Source: an uncultured Clostridia bacterium (GTDB lineage: Bacteria; Bacillota; Clostridia; Christensenellales; UBA1242). From it: 64,000 nucleotides of DNA. Positions 37,242-47,442 of this stretch are shown here, one piece after another (the first letter of the stretch is position 1; every line of letters begins with the position of its first letter). The position numbers and the translations under genes were made by a program. The DNA lies in assembly GCA_944380265.1 (NCBI GenBank), contig CALWGY010000007.1, positions 230-64,229 on the forward strand, written 5' to 3'. Below the pieces are notes generated by a model. That model worked only from the letters and a program-made list of their open reading frames with translations. It had not been told where the DNA came from and made no database searches.

Positions 37242-40200
37242 TTATTTTTTCTTATTGTTTTTTGAACCTTTTTTGGTTGAACTTTTCTTTCTTCCTGTTA
37301 TTACAAAGTATGCAACAACACCAACTAAAATTAAGGCAGAAACAATAATTAGAATTGTTCCAACAATAGGTTTAATGTTGTTTGTATTTCCTTCATCTTC
37401 GGAAACAACAATTTTGTAACTTACTGTTGTTGGGTTTCCTGCTTTATCTTCAACAGTAATTCTTAATTCATATGTGCCAGATTTTTCAAATTTCCATCTG
37501 TATGAATTTTCTTTACTTGAATCGTCAGCATATTCGTTTTTAACAACTGAACTTGATGGGTCATACATGTTAACAACAATGTTGTAATCTGCTTTGTCCA
37601 CATTTTCAGGAACTTTAATTGCTTCACTTCCCTTAATGCCATCAATTGTTATCATGTCTAGGTTAAATTCATAGTAACCATTTAAGTTTGATGAGTTAAT
37701 TAAATCTTTTTCGGAATCAACCCATTCAACTTCTGGAGCATCAGTGTCACCAACATTAACCGAAACACTTAGTTCTGTTGAATTTCCTGCTGCATCAGTT
37801 GCAATGTAGGTTATTTTGTAAACGCCTTGTTCTTCGGCATTAAATTCATAACGGGTTGTTTTGATTGGGTTGCCGTAAGCATCGCTTCCAGTTGGAACTT
37901 CAACTTCTTTAACACCTTCAACTTGGTTGTTATCTTTGTCGTAAACTTTAACAACTAATGTGATGTCTTCAACAGGTGTTTGGTCATAGTCGTTGTTAGA
38001 ATTGTCTTTGTCACGATATCCATCGTAAAGTTGTAAAACACCAGGAGCTTGAACAGTTACATATCCTTTTTCTTCATCCCAAGGAACATTTGTTAAAATT
38101 TTGTCTTTTTCAAGTTCGATGGTTGGTTTTATTGTGTCGGTTGCAGAAACTGTGTAAGATTTGCTTTCAGTTTTGTTACCTTCTTTGTCCCAACCATAAT
38201 ATTTAATAACATAGTCACCAGCAACTGATGGTGTGAAACCAACAGTGCCCATTGTGTTAAGTGATGGTCCTTCAACAAGTTCCCAATATGTTCCGGCTTT
38301 TCCTTCAACACGGCTTTCATATGGAACGTTTGTTGTAATATCAGTTAAAATTTCACCACTGTCTGTTAAGGTTGCAGCTGGAACTTCAACAAATTTTCCA
38401 ACTTCAACAGCACTTGTGAATGGGTCGTAACTACTTAAAACGATTGTTGGTTTTTCGGTGTCTCTAACCCTGATTCCATAACTTTTTGAAACAATGTTTC
38501 CACCAGCATCACGTGCAGTGTAAGTAATTGTGTAAACACCGCTGTAATCTGCTGTGAAAGTTCCATTTTGAACAGTGTAAGTGTTGTTTGTAACCGTTGT
38601 TCCATCGGAATCATATGAAACTTCTTTTTTGTAGGTTGAATTTTTAAGAGTAACCGTTTTTCCGTATGGGTTTTTAACTTTAACTGAAATGTTTAAGTTT
38701 GTGTCTTCTGTGTCGGTTATAACAAAGTCTGGAAGTTTAACAAGGTCTTTTTGTGAGAATGCTGGAACTTGTTTTCCATCAACAGTTATCATACCCTTAT
38801 TGTCAATTGTTTCAGTAATTTCATTTTTAGTTTGCAAATTTGTGAAGAATGCATCTGCATTAGTAAATTTTGGAGCAGTGCCATCTTCTGTGTTAATTAA
38901 TGTAACTTCTCTTGTTATTTGCTTATATTGTCTGTTTCCATCTTTTACTGCATAATCGTTGTATGCAACTGCATGAATGTAAATTTTATCTTGTGAAGTA
39001 ATTCCTTCAACTTTGCTTAAATCTAAAACTAATTGTCCATCATCGTTAAGTGTTGTTATTTCATTTTTAGTTTCGAAATTGCTTGCATCAAAAGAATAGT
39101 AAACTCTTGTTTCAACACGTGTGTCGTGTTTGTCTGATGCACTTGGTTGATTCATTGTTATTATTGCATCTTTTTTAGCATAACTTGTTATTGCTGAAAA
39201 GTTTAGTGTTGGTAACAAGTAATTGTCTTCGTCATCTTTTAAGGTTGCATCAGATGTTAAAACAGTAACATCATAGGAATCCATGTAGCTGTTGCCTGCT
39301 TCATCTTTTGCTTCAAACCTAATTGAATATGTGCCTTCGGAATTAAATGTGTATTCTGCCCATTCATTTGCAGGATAATCTTCCCTTGTTCCATCTGGTA
39401 ATGTTTTACGAATTGTTGTTATGTTACCATTTGAACTTTTAACACTTCTTGTGAATGTTAATTTAGAAAAATCGGAAAAATTATCGTTTGCATAAATTGC
39501 AGGAACTTTTATGGTTGCTTTTCCATCTGCACCCAAAACAACAACCGAAGGAATGTCGTATTTAGCATTTCCAATTGCTTCTGTAATTTTTTCTTGAAGT
39601 TCTTTTTCATCTAAATTTACATTTTCTTTATCAGCAGCGTTAAACAACAAAACATCTGTTCCTTCATCGTAAAGATTGTTTTTGTCAACATCACGATAAA
39701 CTGTGTTAATGGTTGTTTTGCCTGTTTCTTCATTTGTTGTGTAAGTGTAGTTGTTGCTTACTGCAAGGGTTGGTCTAACATTATCCTTAACATCTTCAAT
39801 TAAAAATGTGCTTGTTTGACTTTTTAAGTTAAACAAAGGAATTGATGCTTGATATGTTACTTGATATTTACCCTTTAATGTTGGTGTGAATTTGTCATCT
39901 TCAACAGTAAATTCTGTTCCACTTTCAACATGAGTAACTTTAATTGTTACATAAGCATCAAGTTCAACACTAGAATCTTTTTTATCAAAAACTTTAATTT
40001 CTGGCAATGTTGTTTCAACACCCAAAGTTGCACTTGTTGGTTTTGATGTTTTATAACTGAAATTTAGTTCAATTTTGCTTGAATCAAAATTGTCCTTAAC
40101 AACAAAACTGTCTGTTTTGTAATCTTGAACATAACCACCATTATAGTAACGATAAATAATTTCATAAACACCTGCTTTTGCTGGTGTGAAATCATAAGTT

Positions 40201-40799
40201 TTATCTGTTGGATTATATGCAAGTGGTTTTGTTCCAGAAGAAGGGTCATCTTTGCTTACAACATAAACTTTTAAGCCTTCATTTTCTTCATCAAAAACAA
40301 TTTGGCTTTCAGTTAATTCTTCGTCGTTTTCTAAAACATCTGGAAGAGGGATTTTGATTTGTTGATTTGTTTTAACTGTTGCAGGAATAACATGATTGCT
40401 GTTTTTTGGAAGAGAAATTGAATATTCATCTCCTTGAACCAAAATTCTTAGTTCTTCTGTAACAGTGTCCATTTGACCTTCTTTTACTGCGGAATATTTA
40501 ACAGTGTAATATCCCTTTAAAGTTGGAACAAATTTGTTACCATCACTTAAAGTAACTTTTTTTCCTCGTGGGTCTGTAACAGAAATGGTAACAGTTGCAC
40601 CATTTTGTGCTGTTGCAGTTGGAAGAATGATTTCTTGTCCAACTTCCCCATTGCCTTCAAATCCGCTTATTTCAATTAAATCGCCGCTTAAAATTGTGTC
40701 GTTTGTATAGTCTGCTCTAACACTGAATTGTGCATGTGCACCAAGTGTTGTTGCCGACACAGATGCTAAAATAAGTGGAACAATGTATTTACCTTTCAT
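37242..40799 (-). CDS. Large surface protein with tandem Ig-like repeats and a C-terminal TM anchor
   Basis: Signal peptide; repeated GxYxIxYxAxDxAGN...V.V.DT..P units; TM followed by a Lys-rich tail. Confidence 0.8.
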   Translation of the reverse strand: MKGKYIVPLILASVSATTLGAHAQFSVRADYTNDTILSGDLIEISGFEGNGEVGQEIILPTATAQNGATVTISVTDPRGKKVTLSDGNKFVPTLKGYYTVKYSAVKEGQMDTVTEELRILVQGDEYSISLPKNSNHVIPATVKTNQQIKIPLPDVLENDEELTESQIVFDEENEGLKVYVVSKDDPSSGTKPLAYNPTDKTYDFTPAKAGVYEIIYRYYNGGYVQDYKTDSFVVKDNFDSSKIELNFSYKTSKPTSATLGVETTLPEIKVFDKKDSSVELDAYVTIKVTHVESGTEFTVEDDKFTPTLKGKYQVTYQASIPLFNLKSQTSTFLIEDVKDNVRPTLAVSNNYTYTTNEETGKTTINTVYRDVDKNNLYDEGTDVLLFNAADKENVNLDEKELQEKITEAIGNAKYDIPSVVVLGADGKATIKVPAIYANDNFSDFSKLTFTRSVKSSNGNITTIRKTLPDGTREDYPANEWAEYTFNSEGTYSIRFEAKDEAGNSYMDSYDVTVLTSDATLKDDEDNYLLPTLNFSAITSYAKKDAIITMNQPSASDKHDTRVETRVYYSFDASNFETKNEITTLNDDGQLVLDLSKVEGITSQDKIYIHAVAYNDYAVKDGNRQYKQITREVTLINTEDGTAPKFTNADAFFTNLQTKNEITETIDNKGMITVDGKQVPAFSQKDLVKLPDFVITDTEDTNLNISVKVKNPYGKTVTLKNSTYKKEVSYDSDGTTVTNNTYTVQNGTFTADYSGVYTITYTARDAGGNIVSKSYGIRVRDTEKPTIVLSSYDPFTSAVEVGKFVEVPAATLTDSGEILTDITTNVPYESRVEGKAGTYWELVEGPSLNTMGTVGFTPSVAGDYVIKYYGWDKEGNKTESKSYTVSATDTIKPTIELEKDKILTNVPWDEEKGYVTVQAPGVLQLYDGYRDKDNSNNDYDQTPVEDITLVVKVYDKDNNQVEGVKEVEVPTGSDAYGNPIKTTRYEFNAEEQGVYKITYIATDAAGNSTELSVSVNVGDTDAPEVEWVDSEKDLINSSNLNGYYEFNLDMITIDGIKGSEAIKVPENVDKADYNIVVNMYDPSSSVVKNEYADDSSKENSYRWKFEKSGTYELRITVEDKAGNPTTVSYKIVVSEDEGNTNNIKPIVGTILIIVSALILVGVVAYFVITGRKKSSTKKGSKNNKKK

Positions 40800-41125
40800 A
40801 ATGTGGGAATCTCCTTAAAAGTAATATAAATAATTAAACTAACTAATTTTATCTTTTTTAGTACTAATTGTCAACGAAATAATACAACAAAAAAGGCTAA
40901 CTTAACTACATTTATTAACTTAAAACATTATAACAATTGTTTTAACAAAATTTTTAAGTTTTTTTGTTGATTATGTTTTTAATATGAGTAATTTTTTTCC
41001 AAAATATGTAAAATTTTTTGTAAAATTTTTCCAATTTGTTTATTACTTTTTTAAAAATAAAATAAGTTAACACAATTTAAAACCAACAACTTGCCAATTT
41101 TATTTAATAAATTTTAAAATTTTTA

Positions 41126-41153
41126 ACACAATTTTTTGGGTTTAGCATAGTAT
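41126..41153 (+). promoter_or_regulatory. SigK-like sporulation promoter
   Basis: AC-N16-CATAGTAT matches the AC-N16/17-CATA-N3-T pattern, upstream of the Cys-rich ORF. Confidence 0.55.
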
Positions 41154-41263
41154 GAAGTATAAAAGCAAATTTGAAATTGTTTAAGTATTAAATTTTTACA
41201 TATTAAAACACTTAGTTAAAATTAAATTCTGATTTGCTTTAAACTAATTAGGAGGATTTTAAC

Positions 41264-41470
41264 ATGTTTTTCGGAATGAACAATATGGGCGGTTGCGGTG
41301 GAAACTGCAACGGCGGAAATAACAACAATTGCTGCTGCTTACTATTAATTTTATTATTATGTGGTTGTGGTTGCAATGGCGGCATGAATGGAAATGACAA
41401 TTGCTGCTGGAATATAATCTTTATTTTATTGTTACTTTCTTGCTGCGGCTGTTCTCCTTGCAACAATTAA
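41264..41470 (+). CDS. Small Cys/Gly/Asn-rich protein, probably spore coat/exosporium
   Basis: AGGAGG RBS; two NNCC-hydrophobic-CG units; own terminator. Confidence 0.75.
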   Translation: MFFGMNNMGGCGGNCNGGNNNNCCCLLLILLLCGCGCNGGMNGNDNCCWNIIFILLLLSCCGCSPCNN

Positions 41471-41491
41471 TATATTTTAATTTAAAAATTT

Positions 41492-41523
41492 AAAAAATAG
41501 CAAACTTCGGTTTGCTATTTTTT
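41492..41523. terminator. Bidirectional terminator with a UUCG loop
   Basis: AAAAAATAGCAAAC-TTCG-GTTTGCTATTTTTT. Confidence 0.9.
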
Positions 41524-41564
41524 GTTTTACTTTTTTATTACATTTGTTTTACTTTTTTATTACA
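41521..41564. repeat. 22-bp tandem duplication (x2)
   Basis: TTTGTTTTACTTTTTTATTACA twice. Confidence 0.8.
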
Positions 41565-41607
41565 TTTAAAAGTTTAAATAACTTTAAAATTACAAATTTT
41601 TTTTGTT

Positions 41608-43200
41608 TTATTTGTTTTTAATAAAGTTGATAATTTTAAGTTTTAGTTCGTCAATGTTAATGCCTTCTTCTGCCGAAATGTAAACCGTGTTTTCATTTTT
41701 CATGCCCGGCACTTCAACAAAACCTGGCAACAAATCAATTTTGTTAAAAACTGTTAAAACTGGTGCTTTTGTCCCAATCTTTTTTAAAACTGCTTCAACA
41801 ACTTGCATGTGTTTTTTGTAGTTTGGGTCAGAAAGGTCAACCACGTTTAAAAGCAAATCGGCATATTTGGTTTCTTCCAAAGTTGAACTGAACGCATCAA
41901 TAAATTCGTGTGGTAACTTGTTAATAAAACCAACTGTGTCAACAAGTAACACTTCTTTGTTGTAATCAAGCCACAAGTTTCTGGTTGTTGTGTCAAGCGT
42001 TGCAAACAGTTCATCTTTTGCATAAAGTTTTTCACGTGTTAACAAATTCATAAGTGTGCTTTTTCCACTGTTTGTGTACCCAACAATGGCAACTGTTTTC
42101 TTTTTGGAAAACTTACGGCTTTGCCTGTTAATTTCACGAGTTTTCTTAACTGTTCTAAGTTGTTTTTCTAGTTTTTGAATTTTTTCAAGAACAACACGTT
42201 TGTTAAGTTCAAGTTTTGTTTCCCCGGGGCCTCGCATTCCAACTCCGCCACCAAACCTTCCATCGGTTTCAATAAGACCAGAAAGCCTTGGAAGCGAGTT
42301 TTTTAGTTGTGCAAGTTCAACTTGCAACTTTCCTTCACTGGTTTCGGCACGCATTGCAAAAATATCCAAAATTAACATGCTTCGGTCAATAACCTTAACA
42401 CCCAAAGCAAGTTCCAAATTGTTAATTTTGCTTCCGTTTAGTGCATTATCAAAAATAACCAGGTCGGCTCCGTCAAGTTTAACTGCTCTGGCAACTTCAT
42501 CTAACTTGCCTTCACCAATCATATATTTTGGGTCTGGCTTTGTGCGTTTTTGCCAAATTTTGTTAACAACCAAAATTCCTGCTGTGGTTGCAAGCCCTTC
42601 AAGTTCCTTTAAGTCGGTAACAATGTCGTCATCTTTTTCAATTTCAGCCATAACCAAAACTGCACGTTGTTGCCTAACATATCCGTTAAACATGTTAATT
42701 GGTTGTCTTTTTTCTTTAAAATCGTATTTTTCAATTTTTTCTAATAATCCATATTTGTTAATATACAAAACATTTGGCACATACACAATGTCCATATCCT
42801 TTCCATTTGGATAGCCAACATGTGCTCCAACCATGCCCGTAATTGATGTTCCAATTGCACAAACACAATCAAACTTATAGTTTGTTAAATTAACTTTGTC
42901 TAGGGCTGTTAAGTTGCTATCCCCCCTTGGCACAGTGTGAATTAGCCTAATGCCATTAAGTCCGCCATCAACTTTGTCTAGTGCAGAAAAATCGACTCTT
43001 TCCTTTTCGGAAACAAAAATATCTTTAACAACACCTTTGCGGTTAATTAACACATCAACTTGAAGTCCTGTTTTGTTTGTTATTTGAACCATAAGTTTTA
43101 ACAAGTCCATGTCAATAAAATCGTGCTTTGAACAAACAACACTAAAATATTCGGTTAATTTATCTTTTAAATCTTTATTAAGCCTTAAATCTATTTTCAT
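41608..43200 (-). CDS. hflX: GTPase HflX (long N-terminal form)
   Basis: ILDIFAMRA..EGKLQVELAQ, RGPGETKLE, GYTNSGKST, DTVGF, NKID. Confidence 0.95.
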   Translation of the reverse strand: MKIDLRLNKDLKDKLTEYFSVVCSKHDFIDMDLLKLMVQITNKTGLQVDVLINRKGVVKDIFVSEKERVDFSALDKVDGGLNGIRLIHTVPRGDSNLTALDKVNLTNYKFDCVCAIGTSITGMVGAHVGYPNGKDMDIVYVPNVLYINKYGLLEKIEKYDFKEKRQPINMFNGYVRQQRAVLVMAEIEKDDDIVTDLKELEGLATTAGILVVNKIWQKRTKPDPKYMIGEGKLDEVARAVKLDGADLVIFDNALNGSKINNLELALGVKVIDRSMLILDIFAMRAETSEGKLQVELAQLKNSLPRLSGLIETDGRFGGGVGMRGPGETKLELNKRVVLEKIQKLEKQLRTVKKTREINRQSRKFSKKKTVAIVGYTNSGKSTLMNLLTREKLYAKDELFATLDTTTRNLWLDYNKEVLLVDTVGFINKLPHEFIDAFSSTLEETKYADLLLNVVDLSDPNYKKHMQVVEAVLKKIGTKAPVLTVFNKIDLLPGFVEVPGMKNENTVYISAEEGINIDELKLKIINFIKNK

Positions 43201-43211
43201 AAGACCTCCTT

Positions 43212-44000
43212 TTAAACAAACACAGCCATTGTTTTGTTAACAGATAAAACCATGTTGTTTATTTGTTCATTAGTTAAAGTAACAAAATTTTCGTTGTGTG
43301 CTTTAATCACTTTAAGGTTGTTTGCAATTTCGTTAATTCTGCTTCCTAGCACCAACCCTTTAATTGGTTGCAAATTTTGTTCGTTTGCACACTCGTTAAA
43401 TAAACTGTAATTTTGATTAAAGTAGTTTTCAAGATTGTTTGAAAACTCCTGCAAATTTTCAAATTCATCAAAATTAACACCTTCCACAAAAATGTTTGTG
43501 AAAATGTAAACCCCCAGTTCATCAAGTGAAACTGAAAAACTTGAATTGTTAAGTGCAAAGTTAAATGCTTTTTGAGTTTTTTGTTGTTTTGTTAATGCTA
43601 AAACATATTTGTTTTTTAAATAGTTATCTTCACTGTAAAGTGAACTTTTAATTAAATTTGAATTTTCTTGCATAAGGTTTTTTGCATCAACGGTTAAAAC
43701 AAAACTGCCGTAATTTTCATTATCGTAAAAAATTTCGTAATACTTTTCAACTTTTTCATATTTGTTTGTTTTAATGCTTAAATTAACTAACGAGTAAAGT
43801 TGATTATAGTTTTCTGTTTTGTTGTATGAGCGTTCCAAATAGTTTAACGCCATGTTGTTTGCACCCATACTGTAAAACCAATTACTTAAAGTTAAAGGAA
43901 AAAAGAAATGCAAAACACTAAAAACTGCAACAAGTAACAATAGCATTACTAAAAATGTGATTAAAACAGGTTTTACTATGTTATTTTTTACATTCATCAT
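43212..44000 (-). CDS. Hypothetical protein with N-terminal TM and helical-repeat-like body
   Basis: AAGGAG RBS; co-oriented and closely linked to hflX. Confidence 0.7.
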   Translation of the reverse strand: MMNVKNNIVKPVLITFLVMLLLLVAVFSVLHFFFPLTLSNWFYSMGANNMALNYLERSYNKTENYNQLYSLVNLSIKTNKYEKVEKYYEIFYDNENYGSFVLTVDAKNLMQENSNLIKSSLYSEDNYLKNKYVLALTKQQKTQKAFNFALNNSSFSVSLDELGVYIFTNIFVEGVNFDEFENLQEFSNNLENYFNQNYSLFNECANEQNLQPIKGLVLGSRINEIANNLKVIKAHNENFVTLTNEQINNMVLSVNKTMAVFV

Positions 44001-44126
44001 TTTCTCCTTTATTTTTTATAATTAAAGTATATCAAATAAAATTTTAAAAATAAAGGCTTTTTAAAATAGTTGAAAAAAAACGAACAAAATTGTTCGCTTT
44101 TTAATTTTTTTTTTACTTAATTTTTG

Positions 44127-44828
44127 TTAAATTGTTTTCTTTGCCATAATTTCGTTGCTTATTGGGTCAATTATAACTGCAAAAGTTTTGCCATGCCTTG
44201 AAACAAAGTTAACATACCAAAAATAATGATTTTCTTTAAGTTCTGTGTCGTTTAAAATTTTTATGTAACACTCGCCACAAAATTCATCATTTTCAATTAG
44301 TGTGTTAAGTTCCTTTTTAAGTTCGGAGCAAGCAAGTTTTAAAGCATTTTCGTGGTTAACATTCCAACCACTTGCAACATTAGAAATTTGCACACTATCA
44401 ACAAATTCACCAGCAATAATTTTTGCACTAACAACATCGGTTGTGTCAATTATTTTTTTAACATCACAAACATATGTGCCATCATATGGATTTTTTTCCA
44501 AAACACCATCATATCTGGTTGTGCCAACCGTTAAAACATAGTTAACAACTTCTGGCATAACAACATCGTTTTTAAGTGTGAAAGTTAAAACGCCAAACTC
44601 AACAGGTTCGGTGCAATATCCGTTAATAACATAATCTTTTTCTCGCGTCCCACTAATCAAACTAACTTTAATGTTTTCTGTTTCACCAACATACAAATTG
44701 TGCCTAACTTCTGCAATATTTTTTGAAGCCAAAGTATAAAGTTTTGAACTTGAACAAGCACTAAAACACATAACCGAACATAACACTAACATTAAACTTA
44801 AACAAAATTTTTTCATATTAATTTCCAC
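44127..44828 (-). CDS. Putative lipoprotein
   Basis: MKKFCL...FSAC lipobox; PepSY-like C-terminus (WYVNF...VIIDPISNEI); SigE-like TCATAAT-N14-CATAAAC upstream. Confidence 0.7.
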   Translation of the reverse strand: MEINMKKFCLSLMLVLCSVMCFSACSSSKLYTLASKNIAEVRHNLYVGETENIKVSLISGTREKDYVINGYCTEPVEFGVLTFTLKNDVVMPEVVNYVLTVGTTRYDGVLEKNPYDGTYVCDVKKIIDTTDVVSAKIIAGEFVDSVQISNVASGWNVNHENALKLACSELKKELNTLIENDEFCGECYIKILNDTELKENHYFWYVNFVSRHGKTFAVIIDPISNEIMAKKTI

Positions 44829-45027
44829 AAATTTAATTTTTTTATATGTTTATGTTTAAGTTTTTATAATTATGAAAAAAACAAACCAAATTTTGGTTTG
44901 CTTTTGTTAAGTGTTATTAATTCAATATTTGTTTTTTACGTTATAATTTGTATTTGTTTTAGTTTTAAAATTGCTATGTTATTTTTTATTTAAAGCAAAA
45001 AACATTTAACAAATTTAAAACTTAAAA

Positions 45028-45474
45028 CTAAATTTCATCTAATGATTTTATGCGATTAATGTGCCTGTCGCCTTCAAATTGAGTGTTGAAAAACATTTTT
45101 AAGCATTCAACCAATTTTTTGTTACTAAATTTTGGATAGCCTTTGTAGCCCACACCAAAACAAATAACATTTGCATCTTCATGAAGTCTTGCAAAATATG
45201 CTGTTTGTTTGTTGTTGCAAAAAAATGCTCTAATGCCTTTTGTGCGGTTCCCTGCCATTGCAACACCAATGCCTGTTCCACACAAATAAATGCCCCTGTT
45301 GTTTTTATCTTCTAAAATTTTTTGATTTGCTTTTTTAACATAGTCAACATAACTGTCGGTTTTTATGAATGTGTCGGCTCCAACACTTTCCCATTCGTAA
45401 CCATTTTCAGTTAACCATTTTTTAACAAATTTCATTCTTTCAACGCCATTGTGGTCGTTCGCTAGATAAATCAT
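45028..45474 (-). CDS. rpiB: Ribose-5-phosphate isomerase B family protein
   Basis: IYLANDHNG, GIYLCGTGIG, ARLHEDANVI, FEGDRHINR. Confidence 0.9.
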   Translation of the reverse strand: MIYLANDHNGVERMKFVKKWLTENGYEWESVGADTFIKTDSYVDYVKKANQKILEDKNNRGIYLCGTGIGVAMAGNRTKGIRAFFCNNKQTAYFARLHEDANVICFGVGYKGYPKFSNKKLVECLKMFFNTQFEGDRHINRIKSLDEI

Positions 45475-45913
45475 AGAGTTCTCCTTTTTTTATTAGTTCC
45501 ACAATTTCATCACAAACAAAACTTAAAATTTTTGCACATTTTTCATATTCAACCAAACTTTGTCCATATGGGTCGGGCAAATCTATGCCGCTTGAAAACT
45601 CACAAAGGGCTTTTGTTGGTGCAACATTTTTAACATACTGGGCATGAGCACTTGTTATTGGAATTAATAAAGTGTTTTTTGTTATCATATTTTTTGTTAA
45701 CTGCTTTGCATTTCTAATGCGAGCAACAATACCCATGTTTTTTAACGCTAAAATTGTGTTTGTGTTTGTTTTGCTGTTTGGTTCAACCATAATGCCAGCA
45801 CTATCAACCAAAACATTTTTAATGTTTTCTTTTTTTAGTTTTGCACGCAAAATTGCCGCTGCCATTGGACTACGACATGTGTTGCCAGTGCAAACAAATA
45901 TTATTTTTTTCAT
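45440..45913 (-). CDS. Low-molecular-weight protein Tyr/Arg phosphatase (YwlE-like)
   Basis: FVCTGNTCRSPMA, DSAG, DPYG; next to rpiB as in ywlE-ywlF. Confidence 0.9.
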   Translation of the reverse strand: MKKIIFVCTGNTCRSPMAAAILRAKLKKENIKNVLVDSAGIMVEPNSKTNTNTILALKNMGIVARIRNAKQLTKNMITKNTLLIPITSAHAQYVKNVAPTKALCEFSSGIDLPDPYGQSLVEYEKCAKILSFVCDEIVELIKKGELYDLSSERPQWR

Positions 45914-46040
45914 TTTTTCCTAACCTTTTTCCCATTTATAATTTTAGCATAAACCAAAATTTTATCAAATTAATTTTAAACAGTACAAAAGCCAAAATTT
46001 GTTTTAATAATTAAAGAAAAAATGTTAAAATAATTTTAAT

Positions 46041-46505
46041 ATGATAACACAAGAAAAAATGTATGATATATTTTATAATAATCAAGAGTTTGTAAACTTT
46101 GTTAACACCATTCATTTTAAAAAAGCAACGCCCAACGAAAAGGTTTTAAAAGCCATGTTAAACCACAAAGTTTATGCTGCCTTTTTGTGTTCGGTTAACA
46201 AAAATTTAAACAAAAAAGAAATTGAAAAAACGCTTGCTCCATTTGAAAATAATTTTTGGTTGAGAAAAGAACCACTTTGCTTAATTTTGTTTTTAAAAGA
46301 AGTTAAGAAAAAACGCACTCAAATTAATTTGGTTTATAACTTTTTCACAAAAACAAAGTTAATTTCTTCAATTTTTGCGTATTTGAACATGCTAACAAAC
46401 AAAACCGCAGTAAAGCCAAAAGTTATTGAACAAATTGCCGAAATTGTTGATGAAAACACAATGCAAGCATTAAACCTAATTTTAAAGCATGGGCTTGTTA
46501 AATAA
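46041..46505 (+). CDS. Hypothetical protein
   Basis: 154-codon ORF in AT-rich DNA; no family recognised. Confidence 0.6.
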   Translation: MITQEKMYDIFYNNQEFVNFVNTIHFKKATPNEKVLKAMLNHKVYAAFLCSVNKNLNKKEIEKTLAPFENNFWLRKEPLCLILFLKEVKKKRTQINLVYNFFTKTKLISSIFAYLNMLTNKTAVKPKVIEQIAEIVDENTMQALNLILKHGLVK

Positions 46506-46703
46506 CACATAAAAAAACATTTTAGGTAAAAAAAATAAAATTATTAAAATTAAAATTTAATCACATAAAAAAGCATAAATAAAAAACTAATTTAAATGTA
46601 AAAAAACATAAAAAATCTAACAAAAAAATCATGCTTATGCATGATTTTTTTAATAAAATTTTCATTTTTTAAATTATAAAGTTTTTGTTTTTTTTAACAA
46701 TAA

Positions 46704-47294
46704 TTATTTTAGTTTTAAATTATATTTTAGTTCCTTAATTTTTCTGTTGATTGCATTTTTTGTTGTGCTTTCTGCTGGCACCATTTTTAAGTAGTCAACA
46801 GCACCAGTTTTAAGTTTTTCATATTCATCCAAAACAAATTTAACATCACTTGGTTTAGTGCTTAAAAATCCACCCTTTAAAGCACCTTCCTTAGTAAAAT
46901 CTAAAAGAACAACTGCCGATGAATCAAACACAACAAAATCCATTTGTCCACTGTTTTTTGTGGCATATGTTTTTTGCCCTAACTGATTTAAAACAAAAAC
47001 ACGCAAGGCTTCAAACTTTAAATAAGTTGAAACAGGTTCATTAACAAAATACAAATGTTCAATTTTTTTATTGTCATCAATTAACACATTATCCAAAAAA
47101 TAATCGGCAAGCATTTGTTCAACTTTTTTAAGGTTTAATGCCGCATACTCATTAAAAATTTCATCATAGTTGCCAGAATAATCTTGCAAAGTTCTAAACA
47201 CCTTAACTTGCTTGCACTCTTCAAACAAACTTTCCAAACAAGAATAAATTTCATCCCTAACCAAATATTCAGTTTGCTCTAATTTTTCAATCAT
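46704..47294 (-). CDS. Hypothetical protein, possibly DUF6879-like
   Basis: AAGGAG RBS; C-terminal DFVVFDSSAVVLLDFTKEG.L.GG....P..V resembles DUF6879. Confidence 0.55.
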   Translation of the reverse strand: MIEKLEQTEYLVRDEIYSCLESLFEECKQVKVFRTLQDYSGNYDEIFNEYAALNLKKVEQMLADYFLDNVLIDDNKKIEHLYFVNEPVSTYLKFEALRVFVLNQLGQKTYATKNSGQMDFVVFDSSAVVLLDFTKEGALKGGFLSTKPSDVKFVLDEYEKLKTGAVDYLKMVPAESTTKNAINRKIKELKYNLKLK

Positions 47295-47381
47295 AATTTT
47301 CTCCTTAAAAACTTATTAAATTTTAGCACATTGCCCCAAATTTTTCTAACAAATATTGGCATGTTGTTAAAATTGTTAATA

Positions 47382-47409
47382 TTGACACTTTTTAATTTTA
47401 TGCTATACT
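47382..47409 (+). promoter_or_regulatory. Sigma-A promoter with extended -10
   Basis: TTGACA-16 nt-(TGc)TATACT. Confidence 0.7.
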
Positions 47410-47442
47410 TTTATTAGTTAAATTTTTTTAGGAGCAACCACT

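Noticed and set aside
41248-41466. Q/P-rich minus-strand ORF
   Set aside because: Antisense to the Cys-rich ORF, which has the RBS, promoter and terminator
44081-44096. CGAACAAAATTGTTCG as a LexA box
   Set aside because: The spacer is 6 nt rather than 4, and it is flanked by A/T runs after a gene end, so a terminator explains it better
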